Of a stretch of DNA of 24,438 bases, positions 9,932 to 19,077 are shown one piece after another. The stretch's first letter is position 1, and every line of letters starts with the position of its first letter. The position numbers and the translations under genes are program-made. Source of the DNA: a virus (taxonomy: Duplodnaviria; Heunggongvirae; Uroviricota; Caudoviricetes). The stretch lies in IMG/VR virus record IMGVR_UViG_638341084_000009. One strand, written 5' to 3'. The notes beneath the pieces were generated by a model, which had not been told where the DNA came from, did not search any database, and saw nothing but the letters and a program-made list of their open reading frames with translations.

Positions 9932-10684
9932 TTACCCTGCAGCGCCCGCTTCAGTAACGGTGACTTCAGCCACTGCGGCGAACTGACCATTTCCGCTCAC
10001 CACAGGGATCTGCACCTTACCTGTCGCCACGCCGTTTACCGTAATTGTCATATCTTTCACACTAATGGTGGCTTTCGACGGATCGGCGGAAACCGCTCTG
10101 AACGTCTTGTCTGTTGCACTTTCCGGCTCAAAAGAAACCGTCAGGGTGGTTGTTTTCCCTTTTGCCACCGTACCGGATGTCGGCGTCACCTTAATCGCAC
10201 TGACCGGCGTAATTTTGCTGCGTTCTTCCGCTACAGAAGGTTTACCCACGTTAGTGACTTTCACCGTGCGGGTGATCACTTCTTTCGCCGTCACGGCCTT
10301 ACCGATACTGCTGACCCAGCCACGAAACACATCCACCGTGCCATTCGGAAAACGGATTTTATAGGCCCGGACATCGCCGCTTTCAAACCAGCCTATAAGC
10401 CCTTTCTGACCTTCTTCTCCCGGTTTCCAGGCCAGCGTAAAACTGGTATCTCCTGCAGACTTCTGCCCCTGCCCGGTCGCGGTCCAGTCCGCGTCTTCAT
10501 CATCCAGGTAGTTATCATCGTAGGGTTCTGCCGTCATCTCGCCCGGCGTCAGATCCTTCACCTTAGCCAGTCGCAGCCAGTCATCGTCTGACAACGGGTT
10601 TGCATAGGCGTCACCCTGACCGTTATAAACCCACAGGGTGGTACCGGCACCTTTTACCGGCTCAAGGGGATTTGGTGTTGACAT
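9932..10684 (-). CDS. V: Major tail tube protein V (with C-terminal Ig-like domain)
   Basis: [53 protein letters not shown]…[39 protein letters not shown]… closely matches lambda gpV. Confidence 0.9.
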   Translation of the reverse strand: MSTPNPLEPVKGAGTTLWVYNGQGDAYANPLSDDDWLRLAKVKDLTPGEMTAEPYDDNYLDDEDADWTATGQGQKSAGDTSFTLAWKPGEEGQKGLIGWFESGDVRAYKIRFPNGTVDVFRGWVSSIGKAVTAKEVITRTVKVTNVGKPSVAEERSKITPVSAIKVTPTSGTVAKGKTTTLTVSFEPESATDKTFRAVSADPSKATISVKDMTITVNGVATGKVQIPVVSGNGQFAAVAEVTVTEAGAAG

Positions 10685-10691
10685 ATCGTCC

Positions 10692-11087
10692 TCACATCTC
10701 GTATGTAATGGAATAAGTCAGATCCGCAGAACTCCATAACGCCATATCGTCATCACGACGATACTCATAGCCCTGCGTAACCATCGTGGTAATCAGGTCT
10801 GCCAGTGCCGGGATCGCAGTCATCGCCGGATAAATCCGGCTTTCCATCCACGAATCCAGCTCCGAATCCGGTACCTGTGCTGGTAAAAACACCTCAATAT
10901 GCAGTGTGGCCCGCCAGGTATCTGCATCCAGCTCTTCACCGGTATACTCTGCATCCGTCAGATAAACCGCGACCGCGGGAAAATCCTCTTCGTCAAAAAC
11001 AACGGGGCGACCATCAAACAGCGTCGCCCCGTGTTCATGCAGCTCCAGTGCATCCAGCACTGCAGCACGGATATCAGTATGTTTCAT
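10692..11087 (-). CDS. U: Tail terminator protein U
   Basis: 131 aa, [54 protein letters not shown]…, lambda gpU homolog. 4 nt overlap with Z. Confidence 0.9.
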   Translation of the reverse strand: MKHTDIRAAVLDALELHEHGATLFDGRPVVFDEEDFPAVAVYLTDAEYTGEELDADTWRATLHIEVFLPAQVPDSELDSWMESRIYPAMTAIPALADLITTMVTQGYEYRRDDDMALWSSADLTYSITYEM

Positions 11088-11617
11088 CGTTTTATCGCAA
11101 TCCTCAGTTGTTGTTTCAGCGCGTATGCCAGTTCTCCGGGCAGACGTTCACGCCGGATACGGTCAACATTCTCATCAAACGCCTGTTTCAGTGGGGCCGC
11201 CATCGGGATTTTCACCACATCAATGGGGTAACGGTTTTTCCCGACCACACGCTGCATGACATGCCAGCGACCATTTTTTAATCGCTGAATAAATGCCCGC
11301 TGATAACGATGCTGACCGGCTTTGAGTATGCTGTCCGGACGACGCCCCGGCATCCTGATCCCCAGCTTAATCACCGGGAGATCACCGCGGTTAACGATAA
11401 TTCTGGCATTCGGATTTCTGACCGTGGCCCGTTTCAGTCTGGACCGTTCCTTAACCAGTTTCCGTCTCACCCTGGTTTCCCGGGCAACCTGTGATGAAGA
11501 CTGATTAATCGCCGTTGTGGCCACGCGGTTAATGGTCATTGCAGAAGCCGCCGGAATGGCGTTTTTACGAACCCGGCTCAGATTATCAATCGCCTGCTCA
11601 AGCCCTTTTATCGCCAT
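11084..11617 (-). CDS. Z: Tail completion protein Z
   Basis: MAIKGLEQAIDNLSRVRKNAIPAASAMTINRVATTAINQSSSQVARETRVRRKLVKERSRLKRAT…, lambda gpZ homolog. Confidence 0.9.
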   Translation of the reverse strand: MAIKGLEQAIDNLSRVRKNAIPAASAMTINRVATTAINQSSSQVARETRVRRKLVKERSRLKRATVRNPNARIIVNRGDLPVIKLGIRMPGRRPDSILKAGQHRYQRAFIQRLKNGRWHVMQRVVGKNRYPIDVVKIPMAAPLKQAFDENVDRIRRERLPGELAYALKQQLRIAIKR

Positions 11618-11632
11618 AATTTCACCCTGCGT

Positions 11633-11986
11633 TTATCGTCGCCGGTTAACGGCGGGTGGTTGCCCACGGTTGAGCCAGAGATAACAGCTGCCCCCGTCAT
11701 CCGGAGAAACACGATCCACCCAGAATATCTCACCATTAATGGTCAGCGTGTCACCACGCCGCACAGCACGAACCGTATCCGTCCGCACAAATAATGACGG
11801 GCTGCTTCCTTCAATACGGACCCCGCTACCGGCAAATCCCAGCGACTCCGGATCGTCAAAAACCCCCTGAACTTCTCCGCCACACTGTGCCCCCGAGGTG
11901 AACTGCGCACTGATGCCCATCACTTCAACAATCGTACTGTCCACCCCGGCAAGGGCAGCATCAAAGGCATTCTGAAAATCACGCAT
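11633..11986 (-). CDS. FII: Head-tail joining protein FII
   Basis: …FDAALAGVDSTIVEVMGISAQFTSGAQCGGEVQGVFDDPES…VRIEGSSPSLFVRTDTVRAVRRGDTLTINGEIFWVDRVSPDDGGSCYLWLNRGQPPAVNRRR matches lambda gpFII to the C-terminus. Start chosen at the third in-frame ATG (11986) by analogy with lambda and because it follows the FI stop. Alternative starts at 12004 and 12022. Confidence 0.75.
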   Translation of the reverse strand: MRDFQNAFDAALAGVDSTIVEVMGISAQFTSGAQCGGEVQGVFDDPESLGFAGSGVRIEGSSPSLFVRTDTVRAVRRGDTLTINGEIFWVDRVSPDDGGSCYLWLNRGQPPAVNRRR

Positions 11987-12353
11987 AAACAGCCATTCCG
12001 CCATCAACGTGTGTTTTTGCATCTGAGGACATAATCAGAATCACCCGACCAACATCCGCAATCTCAACGGATTCCCCTGTTTCACCATCAATGCTACAGA
12101 GATGGAGGCAGGTCAGAACTCTGATGCGCGTTAACGCACCGGATGTATCCTCACGAACATCATGAGCCGCGGTTTCCCGCTCCCGGATCACCGTATCCCC
12201 AACCTGAACATCCTCGCCGGATGACTGTATTTCCTCTTCCCATTCCGCCACCCGCTGCGCTATCTCTGCGGCACTCCCGGATATATCCGGCTCACGCCCC
12301 AGAATCAGGGCCAGTTCATCAAGCCGTTTCAGATTTTGCTCTTTCGTTGCCAT
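11979..12353 (-). CDS. FI: DNA-packaging / head completion protein FI-like
   Basis: 124 aa from ATG at 12351-12353 (AGGGGG RBS): MATKEQNLKRLDELALILGREPDISGSAAEIAQRVAEWEEE…. Position between E and FII and size fit lambda gpFI. Sequence similarity not verified beyond general character. Track start at 12401 is an over-extension. Confidence 0.6.
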   Translation of the reverse strand: MATKEQNLKRLDELALILGREPDISGSAAEIAQRVAEWEEEIQSSGEDVQVGDTVIRERETAAHDVREDTSGALTRIRVLTCLHLCSIDGETGESVEIADVGRVILIMSSDAKTHVDGGMAVYA

Positions 12354-12404
12354 ATCAGCCCCCTGTGAAAAAAGACACGGGGGCATTTCGCCCCCGCTCA
12401 CGGA

Positions 12405-13433
12405 TTATTTCACCTGTACCACCACAAACTCATCCGGGTCCGGCAACACCATCAGCGGCGCAGACTGCGTCATGGTAAATTCACGGGCGGGATCCCCCAC
12501 CGTCAGCCAGTGTTTCGGATAACGGGAAGAGGCCACCACACCTTCGGACAACGCCTGCGCATCCTGAATGGCACCGTAACAACGGATCCCATCTGCAGCA
12601 GTATTCCCCAGAACCAGCATGCCCTCCGGCAGATAACGTTTTTCGATACCGTCTTCTGCTATATAAGACGTTTTCGCCACCACAATGGCCAGATCGCCGT
12701 AATACCCCTTGAAGGACACCACTGCGCCCAGATCTTTCACTGCCGTTTCGAGTTGAGAATTTGAACCGCGACGGGTATCCAGTTTTTCGCGGAACAGCTT
12801 AAAACCATTCAGAAGACGCCAGACGGTACCGTCCATAATGGCAATATTCACAAGACCGCTGGCCTGGTCGCAGTAGAGGTCAAGATCATGTGTAGGATCG
12901 AACGTGTCACGATCCTGTTTTGACCACTCCTTACCACTACCCTGAGTGATGTTATTCTTCGTCGACCTGCCAAAATCGACCTCAATTTTCTCGAACTGGT
13001 CTCCTTCCATCGTGTATTTGCCATACAGCACGGCATTCACCGCCTGCATTTCTTCCACCTGGACAATGGCGTGCTCTTCCTGTTTGAGGTTATCAGTGAT
13101 GATACGCAGACGACGGTAGGCCGGGTCGTTCAGCTGAGCCGGATCTTCACCGGGAAGACGCTCAACCGCCTGCTGGTAATTAAATTCGTGTTTCGGCTTG
13201 ACGTAGCCCGGACGTAACACGCGGGTTTCACCACCACGATGACGCAGCACTTTTCCTTCAACAACCGGGGAGACATAGGCCGCCACCGGCGTTTTTCCGG
13301 TAATTTTGTCCAGCATCACCTCTTCGGTATGGAAATTCACCGTACGGCGGAAAAACAGCTCCAGAAACAGCGCACGAAATTTCACTTTTTGTTCGGTATA
13401 ACCGAGTAACTGGCGGGTCGTAAACAATCCCAT
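12405..13433 (-). CDS. E: Major capsid protein E
   Basis: 342 aa, MGLFTTRQLLGYTEQKVKFRALFLELFFRR…PGYVKPKHE…KLDTRRGSNSQLETAVKDLG…GDPAREFTMTQSAPLMVLPDPDEFVVVQVK, colinear with lambda gpE (341 aa). Confidence 0.9.
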   Translation of the reverse strand: MGLFTTRQLLGYTEQKVKFRALFLELFFRRTVNFHTEEVMLDKITGKTPVAAYVSPVVEGKVLRHRGGETRVLRPGYVKPKHEFNYQQAVERLPGEDPAQLNDPAYRRLRIITDNLKQEEHAIVQVEEMQAVNAVLYGKYTMEGDQFEKIEVDFGRSTKNNITQGSGKEWSKQDRDTFDPTHDLDLYCDQASGLVNIAIMDGTVWRLLNGFKLFREKLDTRRGSNSQLETAVKDLGAVVSFKGYYGDLAIVVAKTSYIAEDGIEKRYLPEGMLVLGNTAADGIRCYGAIQDAQALSEGVVASSRYPKHWLTVGDPAREFTMTQSAPLMVLPDPDEFVVVQVK

Positions 13434-13462
13434 AAATCAGTTCCTTTCATTCAGAAATCAGT

Positions 13463-13482
13463 CAGGCCACCGCGGTGGCCTG
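13463..13482. repeat. Perfect 20 bp palindrome CAGGCCACCGCGGTGGCCTG in the D-E intergenic region
   Basis: Read directly: the reverse complement of CAGGCCACCG is CGGTGGCCTG. Lies about 30 nt upstream of the E start codon on the late transcript, and contains a SacII-like CCGCGG core. Confidence 0.6.
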
Positions 13483-13490
13483 ATAACGTG

Positions 13491-13838
13491 TTACGGCAGC
13501 GCCGCGTGACTCAGGGCACTGCCGGCAAAGGCATTTGCCTTTTTGTGTTCATCCACACTTTCAGGCCAGCGGATTGCCTCCGTCGCAAAGGTCCCCGACT
13601 TGTAATAGGTCAGTACCGTCTCTGTGCCTTCAAGCGGCAGTACCAGTATGCCAACNGCACTACCGGCTTTCTGTCCGTCCCAGACCACCAGTTTCCCGNT
13701 NGCTTCATCCAGCATCAGGGGCGTCAGTGCCGGTGTTGCCGAGGAAATCCCGCTGCTGCCTGTGGCGGTATGAGCCGGATCATTACCGGCAAAAATACGT
13801 ACTTCCGCACGCTGTTCAGTGATGGTTTTCGTTACCAT
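13491..13838 (-). CDS. D: Head decoration protein D
   Basis: 115 aa with motifs NDPAHTATGSSGISSATPALTPLMLDE…KLVVWDG…YKSGTF…KANAFAG matching lambda gpD. Contains three ambiguous bases (13655, 13699, 13701), giving X residues. Confidence 0.85.
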   Translation of the reverse strand: MVTKTITEQRAEVRIFAGNDPAHTATGSSGISSATPALTPLMLDEXXGKLVVWDGQKAGSXVGILVLPLEGTETVLTYYKSGTFATEAIRWPESVDEHKKANAFAGSALSHAALP

Positions 13839-13874
13839 ATTGTAAAAACCTCCTGTTGATGGTCAGCACTGACT

Positions 13875-15380
13875 TCATGGCATNGNCATGAGCATTTTCA
13901 CGTCCGCATCACCGTCTGCTGACGTCTGTGGCACGCCACCCTGTACCGCTGCCGGTGAATGGTTCGCCATGATGCGTTCAAACAGGGCGGTTGTGGATGC
14001 AGAGACCGGTTCTGCCTTACCTGATCCCGCAGCCAGCACAGCCCGGGCGCTCTCCACAGTCATTCCCGGGCAGGCAGCCAGCTGTTCAGCCTGCGCCTCA
14101 NCCCCTTTTGCCTCATCCAGTGCCATGATCTGATCACGGAGTGAGGGTCCGGCATCCGCCTGCGGTGAAGCAGCCAGGATCGGGCGGGCTTTTTCCACCG
14201 TCATCTCCGGCATCGCCGCCAGCGTTGCCGCCAGTTGTTCACGACCGTTCGCTTCTTCACACGCCATAATGCGATCGGCTTCACTCTGCGTGGATGCCAC
14301 CGGCTGCTGCGGTGCCGCCGCGGCCAGAATCGCCCGGGCCTGTNCAACGCTCATGCCCTGTTGTCCTGCCAGCATCGTGGCAAGCTGTTCACGTCCTTTC
14401 GCTTCCTGGCATGTCAGGATCCCCATCACTCGCTGGTTCTCCTGCGCGGCGGCTTCCGTTGCAGTTAATTGCGGCATAGTGCCTCCTCTGACATTACTGT
14501 TCAGCGCCGTGGCCATCACACTGATGGCATCCGACGCATTGACTAATTCATCCGCCAGCCCGGCNTCAATGCCGGACTGACCTTCAAAAACGGCGGCCTC
14601 TGTTCCCGTGACAGCATCAACAGACAGACCGGTATACATCGCCACTTTTTCAGCAAACATCCGGCGCGCCGCATCAATGCGCTGTTGCATGTCCTGGCGA
14701 ACCTCTGCCGGCAACGCTTCAAACTGATTGCCATCCACCTTGTGCGCCCCTGAGTAAATCAGCGTGATATCAACACCGGCCTGCGCCAGATGACCGGCAT
14801 AGCTGACATGGCTCATCATCACGCCAATGGAGCCGATACGGGATGTCTGGGTAACCAGCCGTCGGGAGCAGGCCGACGCCAGCAGCATGGCTGCAGAGCA
14901 GGCCGTGTCATTGCACAGTGCCCAGACCGGCTTCTGCTGACGGAGGCGGTAAATCATGTCAGCGCAGTCAAACGCGCCGGCGGCCTGCCCGCCCGGACTG
15001 TCAATGTCCAGCAGTACGCCCCGCACCTGGCTATCCGCCATTGCCTGCTGAAGACAGGCGACAATGCCGTCATAGCCAGTCATTCCGGAAAATGGCCGCA
15101 TCCCCCCCAGCCGGTGCACCAGCGTGCCGGTCACCGGCAGTACCGCAATACCGTTCACCACCCGGTAAACACGGGCCGGTCGTTTACCTCCGGCCATGTA
15201 CTCGTCCGTTTCAGCCAGCATTCCGGGAGCATCAAGCTGTACCTGCTGTTGTGGTACCGAAAGACTTGCTGCCCCCATCTCGCGCCCGAGCGCGCAAAAG
15301 AAAACCCGCGCATAGGCGGGCTCCAGAAGCAGCGGTTCATTGAATGCTGCGGCAATAATGTGTGAAAGATTACGTCTCAC
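13875..15380 (-). CDS. C: Capsid assembly protease C (ClpP/S49-like) with C-terminal scaffold domain (Nu3 equivalent nested in frame)
   Basis: 501 aa, MRRNLSHIIAAAFNEPLLLEPAYARVFFCALGREMG…YRVVNGIAVLPVTGTLV…WALCNDTACSAAMLLASACSRRLVTQTSRIGSIGVMMSH… matches lambda gpC. The C-terminal 180 aa is Ala/Gln-rich scaffold-like sequence with three repeats. Contains ambiguous bases. Confidence 0.85.
   Translation of the reverse strand: MRRNLSHIIAAAFNEPLLLEPAYARVFFCALGREMGAASLSVPQQQVQLDAPGMLAETDEYMAGGKRPARVYRVVNGIAVLPVTGTLVHRLGGMRPFSGMTGYDGIVACLQQAMADSQVRGVLLDIDSPGGQAAGAFDCADMIYRLRQQKPVWALCNDTACSAAMLLASACSRRLVTQTSRIGSIGVMMSHVSYAGHLAQAGVDITLIYSGAHKVDGNQFEALPAEVRQDMQQRIDAARRMFAEKVAMYTGLSVDAVTGTEAAVFEGQSGIXAGLADELVNASDAISVMATALNSNVRGGTMPQLTATEAAAQENQRVMGILTCQEAKGREQLATMLAGQQGMSVXQARAILAAAAPQQPVASTQSEADRIMACEEANGREQLAATLAAMPEMTVEKARPILAASPQADAGPSLRDQIMALDEAKGXEAQAEQLAACPGMTVESARAVLAAGSGKAEPVSASTTALFERIMANHSPAAVQGGVPQTSADGDADVKMLMXMP
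14020..14430. repeat. Three degenerate tandem repeats of about 100 bp inside the 3' part of C (scaffold/Nu3 domain)
   Basis: Protein level: CQEAKGREQLATMLAGQQGMSV-QARAILAAA / ACEEANGREQLAATLAAMPEMTVEKARPILAAS / ALDEAKG-EAQAEQLAACPGMTVESARAVLAAG. The corresponding DNA units are visibly similar. Boundaries approximate. Confidence 0.5.
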
Positions 15381-16962
15381 GTGGTGTTGTCTCCTCTTCC
15401 GGCCTGCGACTCTCCGCTATCTGCTGCTGATACGCCTGCGCTATCCACACCGGACGTGAGAGTCCGGCTTTTTCCCGCTCTGCAGATTCCCTGACCTGCT
15501 GGCGGAAAATGTCCTGATAATCCTCGCCCATCAGCGCCAGCTCTTTCTCATACGTGCTCAGTCCGGCCTCAATGCGCATCACTGATTCCTGAACCTCCTT
15601 GAGCCCGTCAATGGCCATTCTTCCGGCTCCAATCCACTCAGCCCGTGACCAGGCTGATCGCGCCTGATAAAAATCAAAACGTGCCCGTGGCGGACGAATA
15701 ATCCCCCGAAGAAGTGCCTCTTCCAGCCAGCAGGAAAACATCTGCGTGGCCAGCCGGGACGCAATAAATTTTCGCCGCCCCATAAAATAGCGCCACGACT
15801 CATTGGCGGATGCGCGGGCACTTGAATAACTGACCTTCGAGTAATCACGGGACAACTGTTCGTAGGAAACGCCAAGACCGGCGGCGATATACCGCAGCAG
15901 CGCCTGTTCAAGCGCCGAAAATCCATTGTCTGAATCCTGCGCGGTCTGAAGTTTCAGATCATCACCGGGGAAAAGGTGCGGAATTTTGACACCGCCCAGC
16001 GTCACGCTATTCGTGTCATACCAGGTGGAGAACTTATCCAGAATATTAATAAGCGGATTATCCTTCTGCCCCTGCGGCGCACCGGCGATATATTCAAAGG
16101 CCTTTTCGGTATCAAGGTCACTTTCAATCGTCGCTGCATACATCGCCTTCACTATGGCCGACTGAAGCTGTGTTGCCTGCAGGGAATCGAGCATCTTCAG
16201 CCGTTCCATTACGCTGTAAAACTGATTGGCCCCACGGGTCTGCCCGTCCTCCACCGGCTCGAAAATATGCAGCATGGCCGGACGCCCGGTGGGAAGTTCA
16301 CGCGGGATCCGTTCCCATCGTCCACTCCCAGAGAACGGAAAATCATCCTCACAGATATGGTACGCAACGGCACGACCATATCGATCGACCTCCACACCGG
16401 CCCGCAGAAAACGGTTCCCCATACCGTGTCCTGGCGTGTCCACCCGTTTCGGACTCACGGCTTTAAAACGCGTACGAAACAGTTGCGTGCTCTCCGTATC
16501 CCAGACCGGCTGCACAAAGATTTCGCCGTTAAACGCATGAACGCCCACACCTTCACGAATAAATTCCGTAAACGTGCGTTTCTCTTCCACGTCGATCTCG
16601 CCAGACATCCCTTCGGCGTATTCCGACCAGGCCGCCTCCACCTCATCGACAAAACTTTTTGCCGCAGTCTCCCGCATCCCCAGCCAGCGCCAGTTCGGAC
16701 GGTAGCTGATCAGAAACATATGCCCGACAATATGATCCTTATGCAGGGCCACCGCATTGGCCGCTATCCCGTTATTGCGCACCAGATCATCTGCCCGGGC
16801 ATTCCCCAGACGCAACGCAGGCAGCAGGGCTGCATCGGCACTCTGCGCCGGTGGCAACCACTCCGCCATTTGCCCGCCAAATCCTGCGCCGCCCCCGTTG
16901 TAGCTGAGACTCTCACGAAGCGGAACGCCGTTCACATCAATCAGGACAGGCGTTCGTTTCAT
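15370..16962 (-). CDS. B: Portal protein B
   Basis: 530 aa, …DAALLPALRLGNARADDLVRNNGIAANAV…FEPVEDGQTRGANQFYSVMERLKMLDSLQATQLQSAIVKAMYAATIES…LLRYIAAGLGVSYEQLSRDYS… colinear with lambda gpB (533 aa). Confidence 0.9.
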   Translation of the reverse strand: MKRTPVLIDVNGVPLRESLSYNGGGAGFGGQMAEWLPPAQSADAALLPALRLGNARADDLVRNNGIAANAVALHKDHIVGHMFLISYRPNWRWLGMRETAAKSFVDEVEAAWSEYAEGMSGEIDVEEKRTFTEFIREGVGVHAFNGEIFVQPVWDTESTQLFRTRFKAVSPKRVDTPGHGMGNRFLRAGVEVDRYGRAVAYHICEDDFPFSGSGRWERIPRELPTGRPAMLHIFEPVEDGQTRGANQFYSVMERLKMLDSLQATQLQSAIVKAMYAATIESDLDTEKAFEYIAGAPQGQKDNPLINILDKFSTWYDTNSVTLGGVKIPHLFPGDDLKLQTAQDSDNGFSALEQALLRYIAAGLGVSYEQLSRDYSKVSYSSARASANESWRYFMGRRKFIASRLATQMFSCWLEEALLRGIIRPPRARFDFYQARSAWSRAEWIGAGRMAIDGLKEVQESVMRIEAGLSTYEKELALMGEDYQDIFRQQVRESAEREKAGLSRPVWIAQAYQQQIAESRRPEEETTPRET

Positions 16963-17165
16963 AACCTCACTCCCAGCGGACGACGGCGACGTCGGGTTGT
17001 CCCCAGTACCGACTCCGCATCATTGATCGCCCGGTTAAGCTCATCCAGAGAAGCCGCCGTATATTCAATTCTGCGACCATCTTTCTGGACAGACACCACC
17101 CGTTTACCGGTTAATAAATCAAGGCGCGCCTGACGTAGCGCCTGTAGTTCAGCGACTGTAACCAT
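16959..17165 (-). CDS. W: Head-tail joining protein W
   Basis: 68 aa, MVTVAELQALRQARLDLLTGKRVVSVQKDGRRIEYTAASLDEL…RRRRRPLG, lambda gpW homolog. Confidence 0.85.
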   Translation of the reverse strand: MVTVAELQALRQARLDLLTGKRVVSVQKDGRRIEYTAASLDELNRAINDAESVLGTTRRRRRPLGVRL

Positions 17166-19077
17166 TCACTCCTCCGGACAGCTTCGCTGCCAGTTCTTTC
17201 AGGGTTGGCCGGGTCGTCTCTTCTTCCCGGGATTTTGCCAGTACAGCCAGATCAAGCTGCCAGCGTTGCACGGACACACGTAATGCCGCGTAGGCATACA
17301 CCAGGCAGTCCAGCGCTTCGTTACGCCGCTTTTTGTTATCCCACAGCAGACGCATCTTTCCTTTTTCCCACTTCTCCACAAGCTCTTCCGCGACCAGTTG
17401 CTGCGCCTCTGTCTGCGAAAAAATCTCCGGATCATCAGGAAAACGGATGGCATACGACGTGGCTTCATCCGCAGGAGTGGGATCGGCTTTCATACGGGCA
17501 TAGAGAATTTCTTTTGCGGTGTCCGTCCCCACTTCACACAGATACACGCCCCGCTGATTGCGGGTTTTCGGCATGGTGATCACCGGCTTGCCATAGACAG
17601 ATGCGCCTTTTACCGGCAGCACCCGGAAAACACCGTGTTTTTTTGACCTCTGATAGACAATTTCACCATCGATCCCCCCGGTGTCCCAGCAGACACGGGA
17701 AATGGTCATTTCGGTTCCGTCTGCATGGCAGTATTTTTTGTTGATCGCCGCATCCACACGTAACAGCGTCTCTTCCTCATCGGGACGGCCCATAATGATG
17801 ATTTTATCCACCAGAAAGGCTTCCTCTCCCGGTGCCCATCCCCAGACATACATCTCAAAACGGTTTCGCTGCGAGTCAATGCCCGCCGTCAGATAAACCA
17901 CCCGGGCAGGCACCGCCGCCGTGTAACGCACCACCTTATCCATCAGTACCTGGTGATCGAGTTTTTCGCCCACGGCCTCTTCCCAGGTCTCGCCCAGCGT
18001 GGTGTTCACAAAGGTTTTCAGGCCGTTGGGATCTTTCAGTGCATCCAGCCAGTCATAGACTATCTGTATCCAGGTGGTGAACGGACTGTACGCCGTCCAG
18101 ATATGGAACGTGATGGAGCGCGGCGGCGGAATTTCATCCCCCCGGGCGCTGAAAAACATCAGGCCGTCACGGGTCCACATGCCCGTGTTTTCACAGATCC
18201 AGCGCCCGTTACTCTGGTCAAGCTCAGACTGATGGATCACGCAGCCATGATGTTCACAGAGGTAGAAAACGCTTTCGGGGCTGTCCTTCTCCCATTTAAG
18301 GCCAAAAGGCGTGGATTCATCGCCAAATTTCAGATACTGCGCCTCCCCACAGTGCGGGCAGGGCACATAGAAACGCATGAAATGCGCCGACTCGTTGGCC
18401 GCTTTTTCGATCTGGCAGGTACCTTTGATTTTAGGCGTCGAGCCGCGAATGGATTTTGGCCATACAGAGCCCTCAATACGCTTATCCCCCAGCAGGGTTG
18501 GCGAGCCCTCTTTTTCGACATCCGGCTCGAACGAGGAAAGCTCGTCATAGCAGACCACGTCCACGGATTTTTCACGGTAGTTTTTGGCGGCTGCACCGCC
18601 CAGGCACCAGAAACCGACGCCCGATGAAAAGCGTTTCAGCGTGAGAGTATTGTCACGATGTTTACGACCCAGCCATGGGGAAAGGTCTTTCAGGCATGGC
18701 ACGTTCCGAATCGTCGCCTCCACGTGAGACTTCATAAAATCTTCAGCGGCAGAATCCGTGGGCTGAAAAAGCAGACTGTTTCGGGATTTATGCTCAATAA
18801 AATACCCGACCACCCCCAGCAACATCTTTGTATAGCCAACACGGGCAGATTTAATCAGGTTAACCGTGCGAACCTGGTCGTTACCCATACAGTTCATAAT
18901 GGCGATCTGGAATGGCAGCGTTTTCCATTCTCCCTCACCATATGAAGATTCTTTAGGCAGATAATAATTTTGATCAGCCCATTCAACTGCCGTCATTGGT
19001 ACAACCCTGACCAGAGGCTGCAGCGCAACCGAAACGGCAGCCATCATATTATTCAGTTGTTGCTCTGATATATTCAT
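17149..19077 (-). CDS. A: Terminase large subunit A
   Basis: From ATG at 19075-19077: MNISEQQLNNMMAAVSVALQP…TAVEWADQNYYLPKESSYGEGEWKTLPFQIAIMNCMG… through …KRRNEALDCLVYAYAALRVSVQRWQLDL, colinear with lambda gpA. Overlaps the Nu1 3' end by 29 nt, as in lambda. Track start at 19134 is an over-extension. Confidence 0.9.
   Translation of the reverse strand: MNISEQQLNNMMAAVSVALQPLVRVVPMTAVEWADQNYYLPKESSYGEGEWKTLPFQIAIMNCMGNDQVRTVNLIKSARVGYTKMLLGVVGYFIEHKSRNSLLFQPTDSAAEDFMKSHVEATIRNVPCLKDLSPWLGRKHRDNTLTLKRFSSGVGFWCLGGAAAKNYREKSVDVVCYDELSSFEPDVEKEGSPTLLGDKRIEGSVWPKSIRGSTPKIKGTCQIEKAANESAHFMRFYVPCPHCGEAQYLKFGDESTPFGLKWEKDSPESVFYLCEHHGCVIHQSELDQSNGRWICENTGMWTRDGLMFFSARGDEIPPPRSITFHIWTAYSPFTTWIQIVYDWLDALKDPNGLKTFVNTTLGETWEEAVGEKLDHQVLMDKVVRYTAAVPARVVYLTAGIDSQRNRFEMYVWGWAPGEEAFLVDKIIIMGRPDEEETLLRVDAAINKKYCHADGTEMTISRVCWDTGGIDGEIVYQRSKKHGVFRVLPVKGASVYGKPVITMPKTRNQRGVYLCEVGTDTAKEILYARMKADPTPADEATSYAIRFPDDPEIFSQTEAQQLVAEELVEKWEKGKMRLLWDNKKRRNEALDCLVYAYAALRVSVQRWQLDLAVLAKSREEETTRPTLKELAAKLSGGVNGYSR

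Noticed and set aside
9629-10591. 320 aa plus-strand ORF
   Set aside because: Antisense to G and V, both with clear lambda homologs. Cys/Arg-rich nonsense translation and no RBS.
15976-17133. 385 aa plus-strand ORF
   Set aside because: Antisense to portal gene B and W. No recognisable protein features.
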